Below, in pieces: positions 1 to 11,300 of a DNA stretch of 64,000 bases; within the stretch, counting starts at the first letter, position 1; each line of letters starts with the position of its first letter. The position numbers and the translations under genes were made by a program. The DNA lies in contig CT868025.1 in NCBI GenBank assembly GCA_000165425.1, positions 1-64,000 on the forward strand, written 5' to 3'. This DNA is from Paramecium tetraurelia (lineage: Eukaryota). The notes under the pieces were generated by a model. That model did no database searches and was not told where the DNA came from. It saw nothing but the letters and a program-made list of their open reading frames with translations.

Positions 1-2277
1 GAATCATTAATAATTTATTCCTATTATCCTTCATTCTAATTTTCATTTTAATTATTTAAAGGGTAGCATTGATTACTATTATTTGATTCCTAATAAATTT
101 AATTCTTAGTTTCATTTTAATTAATTTAAGATTATTCTTAATTATTAATACTCTTTTCCTATTATTTTTCAATTTATGCTTTATTTTAATATGTTTGATT
201 AATATATTTAAATTTATTAAACAACATGTAATGCAAATATTAGATCCATTAATCATGACGATATTAATCTTCTTGAATCTTCTTTAAAAAAGAATTAACT
301 TATGTTTTGTAGTACTCCCTTTCATCAACAATAGTTTTAATTTCGATAATTGCGTTGTTATTTTCTTATTCAATTTTAATCTAAGGTATAATTTAACTCA
401 TTTAATTTTAATTAAGCTTGCTTAATTATTCTATGAAATTTTACTTGATTTCAACAAGTTGATTTTAAAATATTTTTTACATTTAAGAAATTTATTCAGA
501 AATTTCTTTTTTTAATGTATCTTTATATTTATCTTCTTATTCTGAAATTGCTTTTGTCAGTTCTACATTATATTTTTTTTCTTATTCTGAAATTTCTTTT
601 TTTAATCCAACATTGTATTTTTCTTCTTATTCGGAAATTACTTTTATTAATTCTACTTTATATTTCTCTTCATATATGGAGATTTCTTTTTTTAATGCTT
701 CTTTATATTTATCTTCTTATTCTTAAATTACTGTTTTTAATTCTACTTTATATTTAGTTTCTTATTCTGAAATTGCTTTTGTTAATTCTAATTTATATTT
801 ATCTTCTTATTTGCTTTTTAAATTTTGTTATTCTGTAACTACTTTTTGGTTTTAAAAATTCAAATCCGACTTGCTGAGAGATCTTTTATCAATCTCTTAA
901 ATTTTAGTCTATTATGCAGTTATTTGTTATTCAAATTATTTTAATTTCTCTTCTAAGATAATGTTCTAATTAAGTTTCTCTTAGTTTACTTATTATTTTA
1001 GGGAGTCTATTTGATTCAAATTCTATTTATTTTATTCATCTAAATTCCTCTATAATTATTATTTTTAATTGTCTTTCTCCACTTATTATAAATATACAAT
1101 ATTTTCTAGATTTTAGCTTAAGGCTTAAATTTGGTTATCTTTTTCTTTTACTTGATTTTCTAATAAATTTAGTTTAGAAAATATTTATTCTAATGTTATT
1201 TTCTGGTTATCTTATGGAGGTTAATTTGGAAGGGAATTTTATATTGAAATTTACGATGAAGGTAGTATTTAGTTTGAAGGTTAAGGATTACATTAAATTT
1301 GAGGAACAGGTGTACCTATTTGTTATTGATTAAGAGCTGAATTCTGGACGTTATTTTTGTAATATTGTTGGAATTGTAAATAAACCCATTCTATTGTAGG
1401 TCGAGCATGATCTTGATACTAGATCATTTTAATTAAAATTTCCTTAACATCTGATGAAATTTTTAAGTTTTTGATTTTATTATTAGTAATAAATGGCTAA
1501 TTTTTATGATTCCTTATACTAGTCAGAACTTACTGGATAGTTTATCCTATAATTTTAATTTATTAATACCATCAAATAATGGTTAAGTTGATAATATTTC
1601 ATAAAAAACGCAGCCCAAAGACCAGATGTCAACTTTTTCTGTATATGAACTACTATTTTCTAAAATTTCTGGTGCTTGAAAAATGGCACTACCAACTTAT
1701 TATGTTTTGTTGTCAGATATGGAACCCCTAATCAAGCCGAAGTCAATAAGTTTAAAAATGTCTCCTACCTTAATGTAATTTTCAGGTTTAATATCCCGAT
1801 GGACTAATTTCTATGAATGTAAAAAATATATTGGTTGACAGATCTATAATTATATTTATAAAATATTACTTAAAAACAAATTTTTACTCTTTATTCCATT
1901 GATAAATCCATTTTATTACCAATGTATTCATATAAATTTTCTTACCCAACTTCCATTATAATGCATTGATTTTCTTTCCATTCAAAAAAGTCATATATTT
2001 TTATTAGTTGGCTTGGTTAATATTGCAAATTGTTTCCATTCTCGTACTAGTTTTAGTATTATATTAGTTTTATTAGAAAATCTCTCTCATTAGCTTTCAT
2101 GTTCTTTTGTATTTTAATTACAACTTATTAAGGATTATTGCCCCAATTCTCGGCATTAGCAAGATAAGCTGCACCTTCTGAGCCAGAACCAAGATGTTAC
2201 TATAGCAGAAATCTCCTATTCTGATATTCTTTTGTTTTAGCTTCTACATAGCTATTTGACAATTAGTGATATTTCAT
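1..2277 (-). CDS. Ser/Thr protein kinase with long Q/N/K-rich tail containing 15-aa repeats; 3' end runs off the window
   Basis: Code-6 translation starts MKYHQLSNSY...HLGSGSEGAAYLA, then LVHRDIKPEN, LIDFGL and GSAIFQAPEI. One ~26-nt GT-AG intron near 1845-1870. The tail frame has no TGA from the repeat region down to base 1. Confidence 0.9.
492..806 (-). repeat. Coding tandem repeat, 7 x 45 nt (15 aa, about EDKYKDTLKKEISEQ)
   Basis: Units start at 492, 537, 582, 627, 672, 717 and 762 (ttattc.gaaatt...tattt..cttc). KKEIS-type and ELTKAIS-type variants largely alternate. Confidence 0.9.
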
Positions 2278-2399
2278 TCCTTTTTCTATTAAAATTAAAA
2301 TATATGCAATTAGAAATAAAAATAACATTCAAAGTTTATCTTTAATAGAAATAAAGGAATTTACAAAAGATATATTATAGGTTTTATTTCATGGCTTTG

Positions 2400-5200
2400 T
2401 AGATCTACATTGTACTAAAAAGGAGGTGATATTCCCCTCTGCACATGACTCTTCGAAAGATAAAATGATGCCCTTAGCCATTTCTGCAAATGAATATGGA
2501 CCTCATCATCCGGAAGGCTTTCCATACGATTAGATGATTTGATATATAATATTAATAATAGAATTAACAAGTTGTATAAAATTGAGCAAAAAGAAAGGGC
2601 TGTTAATTTGTTTTTAGCTTAAGTTACCCTACTTGCTGTATATACAAAAAATTTCTGTCTCATTGCAGTCAGGAACAAGAGGAAACAATACAGTTTAGTC
2701 AACATACATCATTTTGAGAGATTTTGAAGCAGAAAACAGGCCTTTTTGAATAATAGAAACGTTAACTAATTATTCTACTCTTAATTATTCCCCTCCCTTT
2801 CTTTTGAACCAAAGCTCCTAACTTATGGAAATACTCCTTACATGCAGTTGCCGATACCACTGCTAAATTTGAAGAAATTAGATAATTGTTAACTTCTGAA
2901 AATACGAATATTAGTTATATTCTCAAAAATTTTTATTTATTTGAGAGTAAATTCTATTAGCAATTTGATATTCAACTTTTAAGATTAAGTAAGATAATTG
3001 ACTTCATCAACATCCTTCAAGAGAAAGAGATATATGAAAATTTGTTTCATCAAGTTGTTATTTGAATTTAATTCATATGAATCTTCAAAAAATATTTTCC
3101 TTTGACAAAACCTGAAATAAAATATATTTGGCTTATTTTATAAAAAATAAATTAAATATTAATTCGAACTCAAGTCATAATTATCTATAGAATAATTTAA
3201 TCTCTCATATTTAAGGACATTAAATGAATAGAATTGAAAAGGAAGTTAATATCAAATCTAAATAAGAGAGAAAGAGTTTTCTCTAAAGAAAAATCTTTGA
3301 TAATTGTTGACATATTATTTTAGTCTATGGATTATCTCTTTTAAATTTGTTAAGTTTATCAAAATATTTCATCCTAATTTCATCATCAAAGAAATAATTA
3401 TTTCAATTAAAGTCTATCATATACCAACACCACCACAAATGTAGAAATATTGATTAAACCTATAGAACTACTAATTTATTAAGGAAATACATATATAGAT
3501 TCTTTAAGAATGATTATAAAAATAAAATAGATTATTAGTAGCATGATGGTTTAATTCTAATAATCCAGGTTAATAATTCTATCTCATTTCATCATCAATT
3601 TTAATAGTTGTAAGGAATCTTTAATTCTATATCTTAAGGATTTATGCAAATTATCTAACAGTTTCATCATTATTTATTTACTCTAAACATCCTAATATAA
3701 AATTATGACCTTGTTTTTTTTAAAGTAGTCTAAAATTATAATTTGGAAAGATTAATTAATTATTATTAGAAATTAAATCGTTAATTGTAAGAATAAAATA
3801 TGAAAGCTTTTCGTTATATGTTGATATCTGTATATTATAGCCCCTGATACAATCGATATCCTGAGTCTATCAATTTTTTATTTTTTGAGGATTTTAAGTA
3901 ATCTAAAGTTAATTATGAAAAAATATTTAATATTATAATAAGGATCTGTGAATGATTGCTAAATTAATAACTAAAATTGATTAAAGATCACTTCTGGAGT
4001 TTGTATGTGAAACTCCTTTTAATACAAAGAAAATTCCTAACTTTTCAAATGGCATGGTAATTATCTAAAAACATCAGGATTGTTTATTGAACCGTGATAG
4101 CATATGATATTTTAATTGATAGTACATTTGATTAGAGTTGCAAGATCATAGATTTAATTTATTCATCTAATATTTTCTTTTTAGAAGTGCTTTTACCTCC
4201 AATAATCAGAAATTCTATTTTCATTATAAAAAATAATCTATTATTTCATTCAATTTAGTCATGAGATTATTTTGAACATATAAATTTTAGAGGTAAATTA
4301 TTTCTGTGTTTAACCTCCTGATTTACTCAAATTTTATTCTTACCAATTAATTTTTGACATTGAAGAATTAATTAATCTTGAGAATAAGCAGAATGGACAA
4401 TCATTAGATGAGCCCTAATAAATATATTATTTTTGGTAATTTCCCTTTTTTTTTATTATTGAGCATTTTTTCCATTTAATGAATGAATTGGTTATTTTAT
4501 GATTCTTTTAAGATATTGGGCTCCGATTTTGTTATTTTTCAACAGCTTAAGTGCTGGCATTCCTAATTTTTGAAGTATGTTTCACAGAATTATTTGTTTA
4601 CAAATGAGACAATTTTTAATACATATTTTCTAGATTTTTGGAACTTTTAATCAAAGGATTATCTATTCTATTTTTGCCCGAACTTACACTATCACATAGC
4701 TAAAAATAAATAAAGTCTATACTTTTTAATTCATTTTTAACATTCTCAATCTGATGTTTTATAAAGTTTAACTCCTTATAAATCTATTCATCAACCTATA
4801 TTTTGATATTTAGTTAGCAATAATTAACTAATCTCTTATCGCTTTGAATCATTGTAAGCTAAATCACTTTCTGCTTTTAATGTAATTATTCTATTTAGAT
4901 ACTATTCATCATCTTATGCTTTGATTTGGCTTCTAAAATATCTGCCTTCACTTGCTTTGAATTTCATTTTTTTTTTAATTTAGCAATTATTCTTTATTAC
5001 TATGATTCTATGATTAGCCTTTGAGGAAGTTAATAAATTCATAAATTAATTAGTAGCAGTTATTAATAATTGGCATTAGTTTGTTTGCACTTAAAAAAAA
5101 GGATTAGGATGATATTTGTATTTAGTTGAGATGTTATGTATAGAATGAGGTATCTTTTTTAATAGCTTACATATTTGAAAAATAATTATAAGTTGATTTT
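2400..5200 (-). pseudogene. Unresolved coding-like region, probably one or more decayed genes
   Basis: Minus-strand stretches of 50-100 protein-like codons (e.g. HNFILGCLEQINNDETVRQFAQ, FDDEIRMKYFDKLNKF, MKFKASEGRYFRSQIK) are repeatedly broken by TGA or frame changes that I could not remove with canonical short introns. Confidence 0.3.
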
Positions 5201-5486
5201 AAATTAATTGGGATGAGTCTAAAGACTAGGGGAAGGAGTTTGGATAAGAAGATCGGTAAGATTGACTTGAAACTAATTACTTTCAAAAATATTAAGAGAT
5301 ATAATATATAAATTAAATTGATTTATAAATTCTTAAGTTTTAGGAATTTTAGTTCTTTCAGAGAAGGATTTTTGAATTGATAATTTTTAGTAAATAAATG
5401 AGGGGCCTGTCAATTTCAAAATTTAAATTAATCAGTATATAAAATGAAGTATTCGTTTTTGACTTTTGTAATAATAATAATAATAT

Positions 5487-6696
5487 ATGTTAAAAGTAGC
5501 AGTCTGCACCTTGCTCGTTCTTAGCATTACAGCAATTGATATCTAAGCTTCAGTTTGGACAAGTCACGACTAAAAAATGTTTGCTCAAATCAAATAATCA
5601 GGATGGGGAAACTTTATCTTGAATTTTGGTGAGCTCCATTTATCAACAGGTGGTATCCTTTCAGAACTCAACACAGAAATTGCCAAACTTGTATGATAAT
5701 GTATTTATTTAGATTGATGAATTGGATGAGGAATTAGCAGAAGTCCATCATTAATATGCAAGAAGAACAGATGTCCACAATAGAGAAGTAGGAAGACTTG
5801 AATAAGAAATTTAAGATAAAGAAAGAGGTAATTATATCTATAAAATCATCATTAGAGGTGTTTAACGCTCACGATTTCTATGATAATGTCCTTATCCCAT
5901 AAAGAGATAGATTTGCTGCCCAACTCGAATAATTATAAGAAAACATTTCTTAAAACAGAAGAACCCTTAATGAGGCTACAGTCTAAAGAGCCAATGATCA
6001 TGCTGATTTTGAAGCTAAGGTTTCTGAACACAATGAAGCCATCAGCGCTATCGATGAATCACTTGGTTTACTCAGTCAATTATCAGCACCTTCACTAGTT
6101 TAAATCTAAAAGGTTTAGAAGAATTTGTCAAAAATCTAATAAACCCTCAAAAGACACAGCACTTTCTAAACATTCATCAAGACTCTTATAGAAATCGCTG
6201 TCGAAGCCAACTTTGCCGATTAAGGAGCTCTTAAAGATGTAATTAATGATTAAGATTTATTAAAGATCCTCGTTGCATTCAACAATTTGAGAGTTTAATT
6301 AGTTGATTCACTTAACACAATCACAGCCGATGAAGCTGAAGCATAAAAAGATTTCGAAGCAAGAGTTATTCAATTGAACTAAGAACATGCTGAATTCTAA
6401 AGAGCTGTTGTTGTTAAAACAGCTGAAATCGAAGCTAATGCCAGTATCTAAATTAATTAAATTTAGCCAAAATCGAATAAACACTTGATTTGATTGATGA
6501 ATTACATGCTGATTTGGATACATTGAATGGATAATTGTAAGCTGAAAAAGACGACTTTGCTTTCGCTACCGACGTTTATAATGCCACAGTTGCTGAATAC
6601 AACAAAGAATTGAATGCTGCTCACCAAGCCTTGGATTTATTAAATTAACCAAGATTCACCGATTATGTTAAATCATAACTCAAGGGTGCATTCTGA
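5487..6696 (+). CDS. T1: Trichocyst matrix protein, T1 family precursor
   Basis: [16 protein letters not shown] signal peptide, then [45 protein letters not shown]...[18 protein letters not shown]. This matches the Paramecium T1 trichocyst precursors as I recall them. Four tiny introns. Confidence 0.92.
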
Positions 6697-6839
6697 CCTT
6701 ATTAAATAAAAGTTAAACAAATTCATTTTATATCAAATTTCATTTATTTCACAAACATTATTGTGCATCTTCAACTTTCACCACTTCTATCTTTTCAAGT
6801 AGAGTTAAGACCTCAAAACAATATAAAATGTTCTGATTA

Positions 6840-8200
6840 ATCGAATAATGCAAATAATTTTCAACATTCTATAGAAAATTATAATTAATGGCGAATGAGG
6901 GAGGATTAGAAAAAGTAAAAATTCTAATAAAATATAATACCCTTACCTTCAAGCAGACCACATATTACAAATTAGTAATAAATAAATTGATAAAGATTAA
7001 AGAATTACATAATAATAGAAATCTATAAGCAATGAACACAAAGAGAAAAATAAAATTGCTCTTTTGAAGTGACTGTTAAAGAAGAAAACATTTATGTTAT
7101 GGCCCAACAAGTACAATGCATAGTTGAAGAATTGGAAAAGATGAAATTTTTGAAAAAAACAGATAAATTTTTAATTAAAGGTTAGAACACATTATAAAAT
7201 TAATCTGAAATAAAGAATTTGAATTATCACTCAATAAATAATGCTAAAAATTTGCTTGCTTATCGGTTGCTTTTGGATGAATCAACCATTAAAATGAAAC
7301 CATAAGTCGAACTATTGAACATAAATATTTCAATTATAAATGAATTCTATAATTCAAGTACAAACTCCTGTTAAATTAATTATTAATAAAAGAAGAATTT
7401 AGACTTATAATCATAGAACAATAAATTCATAATTTATTGAAACAAAATTCAATTTAAAGTGCTTTTATATCTATTAATAAAAACCTAATTAATAGTTTAT
7501 GAATACAGATCATTACAAATCTTAATTCAAAGATGAGAGAATTAGAAAAATGTTAAAATTGAAATTTGGATCGAATAGATTAACTGTGAAAATTTAGAAT
7601 ATTAATATATCTTCAAGCTTAGATAATAATTTCATATTAGTTGGCCTCTTAATAAAAATAGGGTAATTGCAACTTTAAAAGAATAATGAAGTTGAATATG
7701 CTTGAAGCGAGTCCTCTTTGAAAAATATTGAGAAAAATGAAGATATATTTGAGATTAATATTATTGCAGGAATCAAAATAGTCTAAATCTATAATTTAAT
7801 TGAATCAAGTAAAATTTAATCTAAAAGTTTTATGGGAAGATTATAAAAATAGATTGAGGAAGTAATGATGAAGTTAGAAAGAGAGAGGATTTAATGAACT
7901 AATGCTTTATTCTTTTAAATAAGGTTTCTGAAGATTTAAAAATTTAATTTGATTAATATTAAGATCTAACAAAATAAGATATTATGTTATTGAAAAAGCA
8001 TGGTTTCGAGTTGATTTTGTAATCAAAGTCCTTTTATATTATGTTCAACAACTGGATTAGACGATGAGTGAATATTATATACACAGTGAGATCATTAGAT
8101 TAAGTAATGAAATTAAATGAGAATATATAAAAAATAATTTGGAACAAGTATATTAATTATTTTTAATTTAATATCATTAATGCTTCCATTGGGGTACATT
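6840..8200 (+). pseudogene. Degenerate coiled-coil-like coding remnant
   Basis: E/K/Q-rich segments (e.g. EENIYVMAQQVQCIVEELEKMKF) are interrupted by in-frame TGA and frame switches. No clean gene model. Confidence 0.3.
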
Positions 8201-8300
8201 GCTTTGTAATATTTAGTTTTTAGTGATTTAAATGCTTAGAATTTGAGAAACTATTAAGGTGAAATGAATAGGAATCGAAGTACAAGGAATTTATGGCAAA

Positions 8301-11300
8301 ATGATTAAAAAAGTCCGAGAGCAAATATACAATAGAAAAAGTAGTGATTAAATATTGATTAGTGAAAGAGTCAGGAAAAAGAGTACTTTCAAGTTTGAAA
8401 ATGTTTAAGATGACATAATTCGAATTTAAATGGCTTCTGATGAGAGTTATGAAATGGATATCAATGAGGAGATAGAAATTGATAAAAAAGCAATGTTTAG
8501 AGGCATGCAAACTGAGATCAGTCCTGATAGAAGAAAAACATTCAGAGCCAAGCACTGGTAAATTTATAAAACTCTCCAATAATACATGGATGAGGAGTTG
8601 ATTGACGAAGAGAAAGAAGATGTTCTAGAGCAAACTCCAACTCCTTTAGTGAGACAAAATCAAAAATTGGCTCCTGATGAGTTAATATTTTAAAAGAATT
8701 TATAAATCCCAGATATTATAGACGAATTTACAAAGTTGTATGAATCTGATCCTCACAATGATAATTACAATCTATAATTAGTACATGTAGAAGGTTGGGA
8801 AGAAATTTGGCTGAACCATCAATTTTATAAAGATACTTATATTTTGCTATGGTTGAGAAAGCTAATTGTAACATTTTTTAATTCAATTTCATTAATTTGT
8901 TATAAAATTACAACCAACATAGTATCGAACTTTATAATGCTATTATTAGTTTCAATAAATATGGTATTGTACATAACCAAATTTTATGATGATGTTTACA
9001 TCACATACAAATCATTATTTGATGGTTGGTCGTTAAGTAATAATATATAATTTTACATTAGTCTTCTTTTGGATTTATGTTGTAGAGCATGGTATAAAGA
9101 TAGTTGGATTAGGATTAGTTGAGTTCTTAAAGGTATTCTGGAATTGCTATGATCTCGTCAATGTAAGATATTGAAAAAGTATTTAGCTTATTCTCTTTGG
9201 GTTGTACATTTATGGCAGTTTAACATTTGACTTCTCTCCCTTAAGAGCAATGAGGATATTGATTCAATTAGCAAAGATCTCTTCGTAATTGTAAAAGACA
9301 TTGAAAGCTTTGACTGAATCTTTGAAATATATGATGGAAGCATCCTTGGTGGTGTTGATATTTTGTATATTCTTTGCCAACGTTGGTGTTCATCTTTTCA
9401 GTTAATTATTATTGAATAGATGTTTCATAATTGAAGAGGGGATCTAAGATATCCAATAGAATATATGTGGGTGGGTGAATTGTCCAAATAATATGAAATG
9501 TTTTAAGTCCTTGAATAATGTGGATACTGCTACTAATTTTGATAATTTCTTTTTTGCATTTGCTCAAATCATTCGTATAATTACCATGGATAATTGGACT
9601 GATGTTATGTATTATACTATGTACACTCTCAGTCCAATGACATGGGTCTACTTTGTTTTGGTCATTTTTATTGTAGGTATGAATTTGCAATATTTTGGTA
9701 GGCTTTTTCGCATTTAATCTAATTATTGCTGTTTTGAAGACATATTATTCATAAATTGTATCCAATTATTAAGAAGATAAAGAAGAGTTGTCAAATAAAC
9801 AATCTTACATCGAACCATTAAACTTAAGGTTTATCAAAAATATTGGATTGTATCATTAGATTAAAACATTATAAAAGGTGCGTAAACGATTTTCTCAATC
9901 AAACGTTTCATAAATTAAGTCAATTGATAATTTAATATTTTCACCAAAAGGAAATCAATTGTTACAGAAATCAAAAATCAAGACCCAATTCACGAATGGG
10001 TTTGGATAAATAAACAAATTGTAGAAAATGGTCAGGAGAGCTAAAACAGTTAAAGAGAAGAAAAAATAATTAAGGTTGATCCTATCTGCTAGACAACAGA
10101 GATTACTCTAAAAGAGAGAGAATGAAGAGATGGGCATAATTAATAGCAATGAGCAAAGCATTTTTGATAAATGTAATTTGAAGGCTATTCTGTAACCACA
10201 AAGAAATTTTAATATTGAATAATCAAAATATGAATAGGCAGTGTAAGGAGATGTTAAGGGTAAGAAGATCTTAATGAGTTTAAAATACAATGATGTGTTG
10301 GCATGGAAATTGGATTTGAAGTATTCTCAATATCATTCTACATCAAAAAGAGATGTAATAAGTGAACTCAAAGAGATTTTAGAGAAAGAAAAGAAATTGA
10401 AAGAGCAGTATGAAAAGGTCAAAAGACAAAATTTGAAATAGTACTATATGTTAGACATTTATGATAAGCAAAAGGATAAAGTAACATAAGAACAGTTGAA
10501 ATCTTCAGATAATGGACCTCCATCTATTCAAAGGCTCTACAGCATTAAGCTTGAAATTAATACTAGAAGTAGAGAATAAAGTACTGCTTCAAAAATCAAA
10601 TAGAAATTTCCGATTAAATTGAGTCGAAGGATGTTTACTTCTGAATTGGATTTGGATAATTCAAAAAATGAAATGCCTAGTAACAAATCAACAATGACCC
10701 GTAAATCGTATTTTGATCATATAAGAAAACAGAGATTATTCTTTTAGAGATCTCAAACTAAAATGGTAAGAGGAACTACTGATGGCTTTATGGAATTTCC
10801 AGAATGGCAAGAGGGGCAATCGTATATCACAATAAATGGTATAAAGTGGAATCATGAAGCCTGTTCAATTTTGATTCATAGAAAGATTAATGATCTGGAT
10901 GATCAGCAGTATTTGGAGGATGACCAGATTTTAGATTTGGATTGGATGGATCAAAATTATGAACACTTTGTTAAAATTAGAGTAATATATTTTGTATTAT
11001 TCTTAATAGAAAAAAGAATTAGAACAAGGATATATAAGGAGACATAATATTTCAATCCTGAATATCTTGTAAAATGTAACCAAAAACAAATTGATCGCAA
11101 TACTTAAATAGCTCAATAAGCATTAGTATAACATTTGGATATAAGGATTTTATGGTTATTGGATAGTTCTTTAATTTAAATTACATTAATTATTGGAAGA
11201 AAAGACTGTCTCAATTATTTTTGACTTGTACACCATGGTTAATTTCTTTATTCTTTGTTCAGATGGCTATTTAAGTTCTGATTTAGTTGATTCAATCAAT

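Noticed and set aside
492..806. CRISPR-like regular repeat
   Set aside because: Units are contiguous and degenerate with no unique spacers, they lie in frame within a eukaryotic kinase, and there are no cas genes.
5443..5486. Upstream ATG (ATGAAGTAT..) as the T1 start
   Set aside because: It is out of frame with the T1 coding sequence, and the ATG at 5487 gives the expected signal peptide.
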